NCBI GenBank assembly: GCA_963781775.1 | Contig: CAWAHE010000011.1 | Span: 130,312-194,311, forward strand | Reading direction: 5' to 3' | DNA from: an uncultured Alphaproteobacteria bacterium | GTDB lineage: Bacteria > Pseudomonadota > Alphaproteobacteria > Rhizobiales > Kaistiaceae | DNA length: 64,000 nt | Shown: positions 48,117-58,305 of the stretch, piece after piece | Layout: each line of letters begins with the position of its first letter | Numbering within the stretch: the first letter of the stretch is position 1 | Notes under the pieces: generated by a model | Databases searched by the model: none | The model's input: only the letters and a program-made list of their open reading frames with translations | What the model was told of the DNA's origin: nothing | Translations under genes and position numbers: made by a program

Positions 48117-48605
48117 ATGGGGTTCGACCATCGCCGAACGATTACGCACAGACTCTCCCAGGCGGCGCACGCCTACCGGGTGCGAGCCGGGAGTCAGCTA
48201 TCCCGGATCAACCTCCACTCCGGTCAGGAAACCCTGCTCAAGGCGCTGGCCGCCAATGACGGCATGTCGATGAGCGACCTCGCCTCGGCTCTCGGGGTCC
48301 AGCCGCCGACGGTCACCAAGATGATCAGCCGGCTCGCCGCCCAGGACTATGTCGAACGCCGCGCCTCGGCCGGCGACGGCCGCCAGGCGCAGGTGTTCCT
48401 CACCGAACGCGGCCAGCGGGCGATCGCCATGATCGACAAGCTGTGGAAACGCATCGAGAAAACCGCGCTCGCCGATATCGACGACAAGGACCGCAAGCGG
48501 CTTCGCAAGTTGCTGCGCCAGGTCGAGCGCAACCTCGGGCCGGGCCGCGACGACCATTCGACGGACGTTGACGAGGGCGAGGCCGAAGAGGCCGCGGCTG
48601 GCTGA
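48117..48605 (+). CDS. MarR family transcriptional regulator
   Basis: The ORF is 162 aa with a wHTH: MSMSDLASALGVQPPTVTKMISRLAAQDYVERR. Confidence 0.85.
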   Translation: MGFDHRRTITHRLSQAAHAYRVRAGSQLSRINLHSGQETLLKALAANDGMSMSDLASALGVQPPTVTKMISRLAAQDYVERRASAGDGRQAQVFLTERGQRAIAMIDKLWKRIEKTALADIDDKDRKRLRKLLRQVERNLGPGRDDHSTDVDEGEAEEAAAG

Positions 48606-48698
48606 ACGGGCCGCGGATCGCCCCGGCGGTCCATTTGCCCCGGACCATGGTGGCGGACTACCATCTCGGCCCCACCACCCCGAGACAGCAGGTCTCCT

Positions 48699-49454
48699 GT
48701 GCCAATCAAATTCGATTTCAGCGGCCGCGCAGCGGTCGTCACTGGCGGCGCCCAAGGCATCGGCCGCGCCGTTGTTGAGCGTCTCGTCGATGGCGGCGCC
48801 GCCGCGGCCATCTGGGACCAGGATGGCGCTCTGGCGACAAAGACAGCCGGCGAACTCTCTAGCCGGGGCAAGGTCATCGCTCTGGCCGTCGATGTTTCCG
48901 ACGAGAAGCAAGTGGACAAGGCAAAAGCCGACACGGTGAGCCGGCTTGGCGAGGTCGATATTCTCGTCAACAACGCCGGCGTTGCCGGACCGAACGCCAA
49001 TGTCGCTGACTATCCCGTCGAGGAATGGGACCGCGTCATCCGCATCAACCTTCGCAGCCAGTTCCTCTGCTGCCGCGCCTTCGTCGGCGGCATGGTGGCC
49101 CGCAACTACGGCCGCATCGCCAACATCGCGTCGATCGCCGGCAAGGAGGGCAACCCGACCTCCTCGCCCTACTCCGCATCCAAGGCCGGCGTCATCGCGC
49201 TGACCAAATCCCTCGCCAAAGAGACCGCCGGCAACAACATCTCCGTCAACGCCATCGCACCGGTGACCGCCGACACGCGCATCCTCGATCAGGTCACCCA
49301 GGCTCACATCGACTACATGCTGGCCAAGATCCCGCGCGGTCGCTTCGTCACGGTCGAAGAGATCTCTGCGACCGTTGCGTTCATGGTATCGGAGGAATGC
49401 TCCTTCACGACCGGATTCACCTTCGACATCTCCGGCGGTCGTGCCACCTACTGA
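48699..49454 (+). CDS. SDR family oxidoreductase (FabG-like)
   Basis: The ORF is 251 aa with a GTG start. It has TGGAQGIG, NNAG and YSASKAG. Confidence 0.85.
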   Translation: MPIKFDFSGRAAVVTGGAQGIGRAVVERLVDGGAAAAIWDQDGALATKTAGELSSRGKVIALAVDVSDEKQVDKAKADTVSRLGEVDILVNNAGVAGPNANVADYPVEEWDRVIRINLRSQFLCCRAFVGGMVARNYGRIANIASIAGKEGNPTSSPYSASKAGVIALTKSLAKETAGNNISVNAIAPVTADTRILDQVTQAHIDYMLAKIPRGRFVTVEEISATVAFMVSEECSFTTGFTFDISGGRATY

Positions 49455-49487
49455 CCTCCAAACGCCGGCCACCCGCCGGACACCACC

Positions 49488-50387
49488 GTGACCGCACGTC
49501 ACCTGCCGCTGACAAAAGAGGAATCCGCAGTGCGGGTGCGCGGCATCGCGTTCATCTGCGCCGCGGTGCTGTGCTTCGCGGCGCTCGACACCTGCGCCAA
49601 ATACGCAGCGCACGCGGTCCCGTCGCTCGAGGTCGCCTGGGCCCGGTACTTCTTCAACCTCGTCTTCGCCATCGTCGCGCTGAGACCATGGCGGAACTGG
49701 TCGGATTATTTCACCCGCCGTCCGTGGCTCCAGTTCTGGCGAGGAATGTTCCTGCTCGGCTCCACGGTCATGAACTTCTTCGCGATCCGCTACCTGCAAC
49801 TGGCGGAGACCGGATCGATCATGTTCGCGGGGCCACTGCTTGCCACAGCGCTCGCCGGCCCGGTGCTCGGCGAATGGCCCGGCCCACGCCGCTGGGCCGC
49901 TGTCGCGGTCGGCTTCATCGGCGTGCTGATCATCGTCCAGCCCGAGCCGTCGCATTTCAACCCGGCGGCGTTGTTCTCGGTCGCCGGCGCCTTGTGTTAC
50001 GCCGGCTATTCCCTAACGACGCGGATGTTGTCGGCTACCGACAGCCCGGCCGGCATGCTCATCTACGCGTCGGCGCTTGCGACTTTCGTGTTGACGCCCA
50101 CGCTACCGTTGGGCGGTGTGCTGCCGCCGAGCTGGCTGGTTGCCGCGGCGCTGGTCGGAACCGGGCTGATGGGTGCTGTTGGCCATTGGTTCCTGATCGC
50201 CGCTCACCGCGATGCGCCACCGACGGTGCTGGCGCCCTTCAGCTATACGCAGCTGATCTGGATGATCACGTTCGGCTACCTCGCCTTCGGCGACCTGCCC
50301 GGGCCAAACACCCTCATCGGCGCCAGCCTGATCGTCGCCAGCGGCCTCTACGCCCTCTACCGCGAACGCGTGCGCCGTGACCGCTGA
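49488..50387 (+). CDS. DMT (EamA) family transporter
   Basis: The ORF is 299 aa with about 10 hydrophobic segments in two EamA halves. Confidence 0.8.
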   Translation: MTARHLPLTKEESAVRVRGIAFICAAVLCFAALDTCAKYAAHAVPSLEVAWARYFFNLVFAIVALRPWRNWSDYFTRRPWLQFWRGMFLLGSTVMNFFAIRYLQLAETGSIMFAGPLLATALAGPVLGEWPGPRRWAAVAVGFIGVLIIVQPEPSHFNPAALFSVAGALCYAGYSLTTRMLSATDSPAGMLIYASALATFVLTPTLPLGGVLPPSWLVAAALVGTGLMGAVGHWFLIAAHRDAPPTVLAPFSYTQLIWMITFGYLAFGDLPGPNTLIGASLIVASGLYALYRERVRRDR

Positions 50388-50460
50388 AACCCGTTGATCG
50401 CACACCTTGCGATCATGACCGGCGTCGATAAAGTCGGCGGCCATATCCAGGAGAACACCG

Positions 50461-51423
50461 TTGCCCAAGATCGATGTCATTGCCGCCGGTACGCTTCCGG
50501 CGAAAACCCAGGCCGCGCTCGCCGAGGCCTTCGCGATCACCAGACTGGACCACGACGAACCCGTCCCGCCGAACGTCGCGGCGGCGGCGCGCGGCCTGGC
50601 CCGCGGCAACCATTTCCCGATCGACCGCGGACTGATCGAGAGCCTGCCGAAGCTGGAGATGATCGCCAATTTCGGCGTCGGCTACGACGGCATCGATCTC
50701 AAGGCGGCGGCGGAGCGCGGCATCGTCGTCACCAACACGCCCGACGTGCTGACCGAAGAAGTCGCCGACACCGCCCTTGGCCTGCTGCTGATGACGGTAC
50801 GTGAGCTTGCCGCCGCGGATAAGCATCTGCGCGCCGGCAAATGGGCAAGCGAAGGCGGCTATCCACTGACCAAAGCGACCATGCGCGACCGCACCGTCGG
50901 CATCGCCGGCCTTGGGCGCATCGGCATCGCCATCGCCCGGCGGCTGGAGGCGATGCAGGTGCCGGTCGTCTATCACAATCGCCACAAGCGCGATGACGTT
51001 CCCTACCGCCACTTCCCCGACATGACCGAGATGGCCAAGGCGGTCGACACGATCATCTGCGTCCTGCCCGGCGGCGGAGGAACGGCCAAGCTCATCGATG
51101 CGGCGGTCCTCAAGGCGCTTGGGTCCAGCGGCGTCTTCATCAATATCGGCCGTGGCAGCGCCGTCGACGAGCCAGCGCTCATCGCCGCGCTCAAGGACGG
51201 CACAATCATGGCGGCCGGACTTGACGTCTTCACCGACGAGCCGAACGTGCCGGCGGACCTGATCGCGCTCCCCAACACGGTGTTGCTGCCCCATGTCGGC
51301 TCAGCATCGGTCTATACGCGCGACGCCATGGGGCAGCTCTGCGTCGATAATCTCGCCAGCTGGTTCAACGACGGGAAGCCGCTGACCCCGGTCCCCGAGA
51401 CACCCTGGAAGTCGAAGGGTTAG
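50461..51423 (+). CDS. D-isomer-specific 2-hydroxyacid dehydrogenase (glyoxylate/hydroxypyruvate reductase-like)
   Basis: The ORF is 320 aa with a TTG start. It carries GIAGLGRIGIAIARR, NIGRGSAVDE and LPHVGSAS. Confidence 0.85.
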   Translation: MPKIDVIAAGTLPAKTQAALAEAFAITRLDHDEPVPPNVAAAARGLARGNHFPIDRGLIESLPKLEMIANFGVGYDGIDLKAAAERGIVVTNTPDVLTEEVADTALGLLLMTVRELAAADKHLRAGKWASEGGYPLTKATMRDRTVGIAGLGRIGIAIARRLEAMQVPVVYHNRHKRDDVPYRHFPDMTEMAKAVDTIICVLPGGGGTAKLIDAAVLKALGSSGVFINIGRGSAVDEPALIAALKDGTIMAAGLDVFTDEPNVPADLIALPNTVLLPHVGSASVYTRDAMGQLCVDNLASWFNDGKPLTPVPETPWKSKG

Positions 51424-51427
51424 TCGA

Positions 51428-52411
51428 CTACTTCACCCACGTTCCGCCGAGTTCGTCCTCGATGTGGACGCGAATGATCTCTTCGAACGTCTTCTCGGCA
51501 TGAAAACCGAGCGCGATTGAACGCTCGGGGGCGAAGTTGCGCGGCCAGCCGGCCACGATGCGCATGATGGTTTCGTCCGGCTGGTGCCGGATGCGCTTCG
51601 CCACGGCGTCACCGGCGACCTTCCGCAGCGCCGCGATCTGCTCGCCGACCGTCACCGACACGCCCGGCATCGACAAGTTGCGCCGATTGCCGAGGCGCTC
51701 GCCGTCGAGGCCGGCGGCGTGGACCAGGAAGCCGACCGCCGTACGCGGACTGGCATGCCAGTGACGCACGTCCTCGCTGACCGGCAGGATCGCCTCCTGA
51801 CCGGCAAGCGGCTCGCGGATGATACCGGAGAAGAAGCTCGACGCCGCTTTGTTGGGCTTGCCGGGGCGCACGCAGATGGTCGGCAGGCGAATGCCGATAC
51901 CGTCCATGAAGCCGCGCCGGGTGTAGTCGGCAAGCAGCAATTCATCGATCGCCTTCTGGGTGCCGTAGGAGGTGAGCGGCGTCTCGAAGAACTCGTCGCC
52001 GATCGCCTCCGGAAACGGCGCGCCAAACACCGCGATCGACGAGGTGAACACGACGCGCGGCCGGTAGCCGCCGCCGACCTTGCGGATCGCCTCGAACAGC
52101 AGCCGCGTTCCATCGAGGTTGACGCGATAGCCTTTCTCGAAATCGGCTTCCGCCTCGCCCGACACGATGGCGGCAAGGTGAAAGATGACGTCGGGTTTTG
52201 ACGCGACGATCTCACCGGCGACGCCCGGCGTGGCAAGGTCGGCATCGCGGGTCGTCACCTTGAACGGCACCCCGGTGGGCGGCGTCGGGCCGACCCAGTC
52301 GACCAGGCTCAACTGGTCGATGGATTTGCCGGCGAGCCCGCCGTCCTTGATCAGCCGCGCCGTCAGCTTGGCGCCGATCATGCCGGCGGCGCCGATAATG
52401 AGAATATGCAT
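51428..52411 (-). CDS. NAD-dependent epimerase/dehydratase family protein (D-erythronate dehydrogenase DenD-like)
   Basis: The ORF is 327 aa and carries IIGAAGMIG, YGTQK (YxxxK) and SFFSGIIREPL. The DenD assignment is from memory of that family. Confidence 0.6.
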   Translation of the reverse strand: MHILIIGAAGMIGAKLTARLIKDGGLAGKSIDQLSLVDWVGPTPPTGVPFKVTTRDADLATPGVAGEIVASKPDVIFHLAAIVSGEAEADFEKGYRVNLDGTRLLFEAIRKVGGGYRPRVVFTSSIAVFGAPFPEAIGDEFFETPLTSYGTQKAIDELLLADYTRRGFMDGIGIRLPTICVRPGKPNKAASSFFSGIIREPLAGQEAILPVSEDVRHWHASPRTAVGFLVHAAGLDGERLGNRRNLSMPGVSVTVGEQIAALRKVAGDAVAKRIRHQPDETIMRIVAGWPRNFAPERSIALGFHAEKTFEEIIRVHIEDELGGTWVK

Positions 52412-52432
52412 GTGTGTGAACTCCTGCCGCCC

Positions 52433-53185
52433 TCAGAGGGCGAAGCCGCCGTCGGCGAGATGAATCTGACCGGTGGTGTAGCTGGCCTCATCGGAGGCGA
52501 GATAGACCGCCAGCCAGGCGATTTCTTCCGCCGTACCCAGCCGGCCCATCGGCTGGCGATCGATGAACGCGCGGCGAATCTCGTCCAGCGACTTGCCCTG
52601 CGTCTTCGCCTGCTCGGCGATGCGCCCGTCGAGCGACGGCGACTGGATGGTGCCCGGACAGATGGCGTTGGCGCGAATGCCCTGGCGGATGAAATCGGCC
52701 GCGACCGATTTGGTCAGGCCGATCACCGCCGCTTTCGAGGCGCCGTAGGCATAGCGGTTCGGAATGCCGCGCACCGACGAGGCGCCCGACGAGACGTTGA
52801 CGATCGCGCCGCCGCCCTTGTCGAGCATGCCCGGCAGGAATGCACGGATTGTCCGGTGCATCGACTTGACGTTGACGTCGAAGGAGAAGTCCCAGTCCTC
52901 GTCCGAGGTGGTCAGCACTGTGCCGTGATGCACGAAGCCTGCGCAGTTGAACAACACGTCGACCGGGCCGACGGCATCCGCCATCGCCCTCACCGCCTTC
53001 GTGTCGCGCACGTCGAGCTGGTGCGTTTCGGCGATGCCCTGCTGCTTGAGGTCGTCCATCAGCTCCGGCTTGAGATCGGTGGCGATCACCTGCGCGCCCT
53101 CCTTGGCGAAAAGGATCGCAGTCTCCCGGCCGATGCCGGCACCACACGCGGTCAGAAACGCCCGCTTGCCCTTCAGTCTGTCCAT
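52433..53185 (-). CDS. SDR family oxidoreductase
   Basis: ORF 52433..53284, trimmed to the ATG at 53185 (MDRLKGKRAFLTACGAGIG). It has NCAG and YGASKAA. Confidence 0.85.
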   Translation of the reverse strand: MDRLKGKRAFLTACGAGIGRETAILFAKEGAQVIATDLKPELMDDLKQQGIAETHQLDVRDTKAVRAMADAVGPVDVLFNCAGFVHHGTVLTTSDEDWDFSFDVNVKSMHRTIRAFLPGMLDKGGGAIVNVSSGASSVRGIPNRYAYGASKAAVIGLTKSVAADFIRQGIRANAICPGTIQSPSLDGRIAEQAKTQGKSLDEIRRAFIDRQPMGRLGTAEEIAWLAVYLASDEASYTTGQIHLADGGFAL

Positions 53186-53207
53186 GCCCTGAACCTTCCT
53201 CCTTGTC

Positions 53208-53900
53208 CTATTTTCTGAACGAAGCGAGCGATCGCTTCTGCGTTCCGTCGGAATCGAAGTTCTCCGGCGCCAGCCATGCCTCAAATCCGGCCTTGACCGC
53301 CGGCCATTCCTTATCGGTCATCGAAAACCAGGCGGTGTCGCGATTGCGGCCCTTGACGATCATGTGCTGGCGAAACGTTCCCTCATAGGTGAAGCCCAGC
53401 CGCTCGGCAGCGCGGCGCGAGGGCGCGTTCAGCGCATTGCACTTCCACTCGTAGCGCCGATAGCCGAGATTATCGAACACGTAGCGCGCCATCAGATATT
53501 GCGTCTCGGTAGCGGCGGCCGTGTGCTGCAGGAGAGGCGTATAGACGATGTTGCCGATCTCGATCACCCGCATCGCCGGGCGAATTTCCAACAGCGTGAC
53601 GATGCCGGTTGCCCGGCTGCCCGCCTTGTCGACCACCGCATAGGAAAGTGGATCGAGCAGGACGACGCGCTCCTCGATCCACTTGAAGAAGGTCGCCTCG
53701 TCGCGGAACGGCCCGTAGGCCATGTAGGTCCACAGGTTGTCGTGACCTTTGGACGCCCACCACAGCGATTCCGCGTGACGAACTATGTCGAGCTTCTCGA
53801 TCCGGCAGAAGCGACCATCGAGGCGGATCGGCTCCGGCCGATCCGCTGGTGTTGCATCGACCACATCGCCGATCGGTGAATCTTCCACGCCCGCTGTCAT
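53208..53900 (-). CDS. GNAT family N-acetyltransferase (RimJ/RimL-like)
   Basis: The ORF is 230 aa and carries YEWKCNALNAPSRRAAERLGFTYEG. It overlaps the upstream gene by 4 bp. Confidence 0.8.
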   Translation of the reverse strand: MTAGVEDSPIGDVVDATPADRPEPIRLDGRFCRIEKLDIVRHAESLWWASKGHDNLWTYMAYGPFRDEATFFKWIEERVVLLDPLSYAVVDKAGSRATGIVTLLEIRPAMRVIEIGNIVYTPLLQHTAAATETQYLMARYVFDNLGYRRYEWKCNALNAPSRRAAERLGFTYEGTFRQHMIVKGRNRDTAWFSMTDKEWPAVKAGFEAWLAPENFDSDGTQKRSLASFRK

Positions 53901-54727
53901 GCCTTCCCCTCTGCAAACAAGCGATCGAGCTCGACGCCGGATGCCGCGTCGTCAAATGCCCCGAATTGCCCGTCCTCGGCGATCTCGCGCGCCGAGCGCA
54001 TGAACCCGGCCCACGCCATGCGCGCCATAGCCCCGCCAACACTGACCCGCCGCACGCCAAGACTGGCCAGATCGCGGACCGACAGCCAATCGGGCCCGCG
54101 CGCCAGCACGTTCACCGGCTTCGGCGCGACAGCCTTGACGATCGCGGCAATGTCCTCGCGCGTGCGCGGTCCAGGCGCGTAGAGACAGTCGGCGCCGGCC
54201 TCCGCGAAGGCGGTGAGCCGGCGGATCGCTTCGTTCAGCGGATCGGCGTGCCCGGTCAGGTAACACTCCGTCCGGGCCACAAGGATGACATGACCGCCGG
54301 CCGCGTCGATCGCCGCGCGCGCCGCGGCTACGCGCTCGACGGCCAGAGCGACGTCGAACAGCGGCGCCTTGGCATCGCCGGTGGCGTCCTCGATCGACAG
54401 GCCGGCCACGCCGGTCTCGACGCAGCGACGCACATTGGCGGCGACTTCGTGCGGGGCACGGGCAAAGCCGGCCAGAAAATCGGCATTGACCGGCAAGTCG
54501 GTCGCCGCCGCGATGGTCCGGATGTGATCGAGCATGACATCGAGCGGCACCTCGCCGTCTGCATAGCCCATGCTCCACGCAGCGCCCGAACTCGTCGTCG
54601 CCAGCGCCTTGAAGCCGAGATGCTGCAGGTAGCGCGCCGTGCCGACATCCCACGGATTGGGGATGACGAAACAGCCGCTTTCGTGCAGCGCGCGGAAAGT
54701 CCGGCGTTTTTCGGCAACCGTCGCCAC
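53897..54727 (-). CDS. Isocitrate lyase/PEP mutase family protein
   Basis: The ORF is 276 aa and carries FVIPNPWDVGTAR, GLSIEDA and ADCLYAPG. Confidence 0.8.
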   Translation of the reverse strand: MATVAEKRRTFRALHESGCFVIPNPWDVGTARYLQHLGFKALATTSSGAAWSMGYADGEVPLDVMLDHIRTIAAATDLPVNADFLAGFARAPHEVAANVRRCVETGVAGLSIEDATGDAKAPLFDVALAVERVAAARAAIDAAGGHVILVARTECYLTGHADPLNEAIRRLTAFAEAGADCLYAPGPRTREDIAAIVKAVAPKPVNVLARGPDWLSVRDLASLGVRRVSVGGAMARMAWAGFMRSAREIAEDGQFGAFDDAASGVELDRLFAEGKA

Positions 54728-54820
54728 TGGCGTTTCCCGCCTGTCTTCGCACGGCCGGCGGGCCGGCCCGAACAGGTTTGATTTCCTCGGATTTATGCGC
54801 CTAATCTCCCGGCCAAATCA

Positions 54821-56023
54821 ATGACAACAACCCCCGGGGGGAACGCCTTGCTCCACACCATCGCCGGTTTTGACCGGATCGGCGAAGAAAACGCCTTCGC
54901 CGTACTCGCCCGGGCGACCGACCTCGCCGCGCAGGGGCGCGACATCATCAACCTTGGCATCGGCCAGCCGGATTTCCGCACCCCCGACCATATCGTCGAA
55001 GCGGCGGTCAAGGCGCTCCGCGACGGCCACCACGGCTACACGCCGGCGACCGGCATCAAGCCGCTGCGCGAGGCCGTCGCCGCCGATATCCACCGCCGGG
55101 TCGGCGTCGACGTGTCGCCCGAACAGGTGATCATCGTCCCCGGCGGCAAGATCACCATGTTCGCCGCCATTCTCATGTTCGGCGAGCCCGGCGCCGACAT
55201 CCTCTATCCTGATCCCGGCTTCCCGATCTATCGCTCGATGATCGAGTTCACCGGCGCGCGGCCCGTGCCGATCCCGATCCGCGAGGCCAACGCCTTCGCC
55301 TTCTCCGCCGAGGAGACACTCGGTCTGATCACACCGCAGACGCGGCTGATCATCCTCAACTCACCGGCCAATCCGACCGGCGGCGTCACGCCGAAAGCCG
55401 AGATCGACGCGCTGGTCGCCGGCCTCGCCCGTTTCCCCGACGTGGCAATCCTGTCTGACGAGATCTATGGCCAGATGACCTATGACGGCCTGCCCCACGT
55501 TTCGCTGCTGTCCTATCCGGAGATCCGCGACCGTCTGATCCTGCTCGACGGCTGGTCGAAGACCTACGCCATGACCGGCTGGCGCATGGGCTATTCGGTG
55601 TGGCCGGAACCGCTCTACGACAACGTGCGCAAACTCGCCGTCAACGCCTGGTCCTGCGTCAACGCGCCGGCGCAGTTCGCCGGCCTCGCCGCCCTTACCG
55701 GGCCGCAGGACTCCGTCGGCGAAATGGTCGCCGAGTTCGACAAACGCCGGAAGATCGTCGTCGACGAACTGAACAAGCTTCCCGGCGTCACCTGCATCAC
55801 GCCGAAGGGCGCCTTCTACGCCTTCCCCAACATTTCGAAGACTGGCTACAAGGCCAAGCAACTCGCCACCGAGCTCCTCGAAAAGGCGGGTGTCGCCACC
55901 ATCGGTGGCCCCGATTTCGGCATCCTCGGCGAAGGCTACCTCCGCCTCTCCTACGCAAATTCAGCCGAGAACATCCTGAAGGCGACGGAGCGAATGGCGG
56001 CGTTCCTCGGCAAGAACGACTGA
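54821..56023 (+). CDS. Pyridoxal phosphate-dependent aminotransferase (class I, aspartate aminotransferase-like)
   Basis: The ORF is 400 aa and carries NLGIGQPDF, NSPANPTG and GWSKTYAMTGWRMGY (PLP Lys). Confidence 0.85.
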   Translation: MTTTPGGNALLHTIAGFDRIGEENAFAVLARATDLAAQGRDIINLGIGQPDFRTPDHIVEAAVKALRDGHHGYTPATGIKPLREAVAADIHRRVGVDVSPEQVIIVPGGKITMFAAILMFGEPGADILYPDPGFPIYRSMIEFTGARPVPIPIREANAFAFSAEETLGLITPQTRLIILNSPANPTGGVTPKAEIDALVAGLARFPDVAILSDEIYGQMTYDGLPHVSLLSYPEIRDRLILLDGWSKTYAMTGWRMGYSVWPEPLYDNVRKLAVNAWSCVNAPAQFAGLAALTGPQDSVGEMVAEFDKRRKIVVDELNKLPGVTCITPKGAFYAFPNISKTGYKAKQLATELLEKAGVATIGGPDFGILGEGYLRLSYANSAENILKATERMAAFLGKND

Positions 56024-56091
56024 GAGTTCTCAGCACCGCGTTGGCGGAACCCCGCGAACAGACGGGCGCATCTCGTAGGCATCGGCCGACA

Positions 56092-57621
56092 TTAGCTGGC
56101 CGGGGCGCTCGCCGCCTCGGCCTTCGTCTTTTTCGGCGGCGCGGTGCCCTTGAGGGTAACGAATGAGATCGCCGCCGCGATGAAGCACCAGATGGCGCCG
56201 AACATCATCGCCGCCGAATAGGCCGAGAGGAACGCAGCCTCGACGGCCGGGCGGGCAGCATCGGCGGCCGCCGGGATGACGCCGAAGCGGGCGCCGGCGG
56301 GCGCCGACCAGCCGAAGACGACGCCTGCCGTCGCGCCGAAGATGGCGATGGCGAGTACGCCGGCGAGCCGGCTGGCCGCGTTGCTGATGCCGGAGGCGGC
56401 CCCGGACTTCCCATCGGGCGCGGCATTCATAACGGCCGTGGTGAGTGGCGATGCGGCCAGCGCCATGCCGCCGGCGACAAGAAATACGCCGGGCATGACG
56501 CCGAGCCAAAGATTGGGAATGTTCGCCGCGAAGAACAGGCAGCCTGCGCCGACCAGAATGGGCCCAGCGACGAGGAAGAAGCGCGGGCCGTATGTGTCGG
56601 CGAGCGAGCCGGTGTAGCGCGAGAACACGCCGATGATGAGCCCGAACGGGAGCAGCACGAGGCCGGCCGTTGTGGCACTGAGGCCGCGCTGCGCCAGCAG
56701 ATCGAAGGGAACGAGGAAGAGCACGCCGCTCAGCGCACCGTACAGGAACACCGTCACGATGTTCACGCTTGTGAATACCTTGGAGTGGAACATCGTCGGC
56801 GGCGTGATCGGGTTGGCCGCGTGCAGCTCCACATAGACGTAGACCGCGATCCCGATGAGCCCGGCTGCGATCGCACCGGAAATGAGCGTCGGGCTGACGT
56901 TGCCTTCGGAGATTGCGCTCAGGCCATAGGTCAACGCGCCGAAAGCCGCGACAGCGAGGATAGCGCCCTGCCAGTCGATGCCGCCCTTTTCGTCCTCGTC
57001 GCGGCTTTCCGGCATGTAGCGCCACGCCAGCCACAGGGCCATGACCGCGAGCGGCAGGTTGATCCAGAATGCTGCGCGCCAGGAAAGAAGGTCGATTAGG
57101 AAACCGCCGATCGGTGGGCCGAGGGCAGTGGTCACCGCCGAGGCGGCGGCCCAGGTGCCAATGGCCTTGCCGCGGATGTCCTTGGGGAAGGTCGCCGCGA
57201 TGATCGCCAGGCTCTGGGGCACGAGCAGCGCGGCGCCGATGCCCTGCAGCGCACGGGCGGCGATCAGCGTCTCCACGGTCGGCGCGACCGCGCAGGTCAG
57301 CGACGCCAGCGTGAAAGCGACGATGCCGATGAGGAAGATCAGCTTGCGGCCAACGCGGTCGCCGAGGCCGCCGCCGACGAGGATCAGCGCGCCCAGCATA
57401 AGCAGATAGGCGTTTGCCACCCACTGCATGGCGGAGATGTCGGCGGCCAGTTCCTTCTGTATGGCCGGCACGGCGATGCCGACGACGGTCGAGTCGACAA
57501 AGGCCATCGACGAGGCGATGGTCGTGGCCGCCAGGACGTAGGGCCGCGCCTCGACCGTTCCCGGGCTGGCAGGCGGCTGGGGGGCTGCGCGGCCTTCTGG
57601 TGCCAGGGGTCTATGGGTCAC
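56092..57621 (-). CDS. MFS transporter (DHA2/EmrB-QacA-like, about 14 TM)
   Basis: The ORF is 509 aa and hydrophobic throughout. It carries GLGDRVGRK, an MFS motif A-like sequence. Confidence 0.8.
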   Translation of the reverse strand: MTHRPLAPEGRAAPQPPASPGTVEARPYVLAATTIASSMAFVDSTVVGIAVPAIQKELAADISAMQWVANAYLLMLGALILVGGGLGDRVGRKLIFLIGIVAFTLASLTCAVAPTVETLIAARALQGIGAALLVPQSLAIIAATFPKDIRGKAIGTWAAASAVTTALGPPIGGFLIDLLSWRAAFWINLPLAVMALWLAWRYMPESRDEDEKGGIDWQGAILAVAAFGALTYGLSAISEGNVSPTLISGAIAAGLIGIAVYVYVELHAANPITPPTMFHSKVFTSVNIVTVFLYGALSGVLFLVPFDLLAQRGLSATTAGLVLLPFGLIIGVFSRYTGSLADTYGPRFFLVAGPILVGAGCLFFAANIPNLWLGVMPGVFLVAGGMALAASPLTTAVMNAAPDGKSGAASGISNAASRLAGVLAIAIFGATAGVVFGWSAPAGARFGVIPAAADAARPAVEAAFLSAYSAAMMFGAIWCFIAAAISFVTLKGTAPPKKTKAEAASAPAS

Positions 57622-58206
57622 GGAAGGCAGCCTCCCCGCATCGCTGACAATCGCAGGTCAGTTTATCGCCCGCCCGATGCCGTGGCGAGAGTCGGCGCGG
57701 GGGAGCGAGTCGCGTGAAACGCCACCTTCAATCGTCGCTGCGGCGCACGCGTTCCCCGTTATCCACTGAAGTCCCAGAAGCCGGACTCTACGCTTTCGCT
57801 CCGCGGCACCGCGCGCAATGATCTCTTCACCGCGATGGGAGCACGTCGAGTTCGACAAGGGCAAAGTCGAACGTCTGAGACAGGTTCCCGCGGAACCGCG
57901 ACGGACGAAAGGCGAAAGCCTTGAGATCCGGTATGCCCCGCGGCGCCACGGAAAGGTACATGGCCGCAGCAATGTGGCTCATGAGCTGGAACGTGGTCCG
58001 GGACCGAGGTCGCAAGACCGAAGCTCCGGGTGGTCGGCGAAAGTTCCTGGCAACAGGGGCGAAACGCAGATCACACATCGGCTCGCCGCCGACGGCGCCC
58101 AACCCTTGGGCGAGGCTGCCGACGACAGGCGAACGATCAGGGAGGCGTCGATTGGGGCGACCCAAACGGCGCCTTTCTGATTCTGGGCGCCGGTTTCCGG
58201 CGATCG

Positions 58207-58243
58207 CCACCCTGAAACGCCACCACCCTGAAACGCGAAACGC
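58207..58243. repeat. Short tandem direct repeat, CCACCCTGAAACGC x2 plus a partial GAAACGC
   Basis: The copies lie at 58207-58220 and 58223-58236 (2-nt spacer), followed by GAAACGC at 58237-58243. Confidence 0.75.
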
Positions 58244-58285
58244 CGCCGGCAAGGCCGACGGCGTCCGTAAGTTCTACCGGTGAAG

Positions 58286-58305
58286 GCCGCGCCTTGAGGC
58301 GCGGC
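58286..58305 (-). terminator. Hairpin just downstream of cspA (putative terminator)
   Basis: GCCGCGCC-TTGA-GGCGCGGC is a perfect 8-bp GC stem 12 nt after the cspA stop. The U-tract is weak or absent. Confidence 0.45.

Noticed and set aside
57658-58283. Track ORFs in the MFS-cspA gap (57658..57972 -, 57818..58180 +, 57827..58252 -, 57921..58283 +) as genuine genes
   Set aside because: They mutually overlap, are Arg-rich and have no recognisable domains or ribosome-binding sites. I treat the region as a possible gene relic or non-coding region instead.
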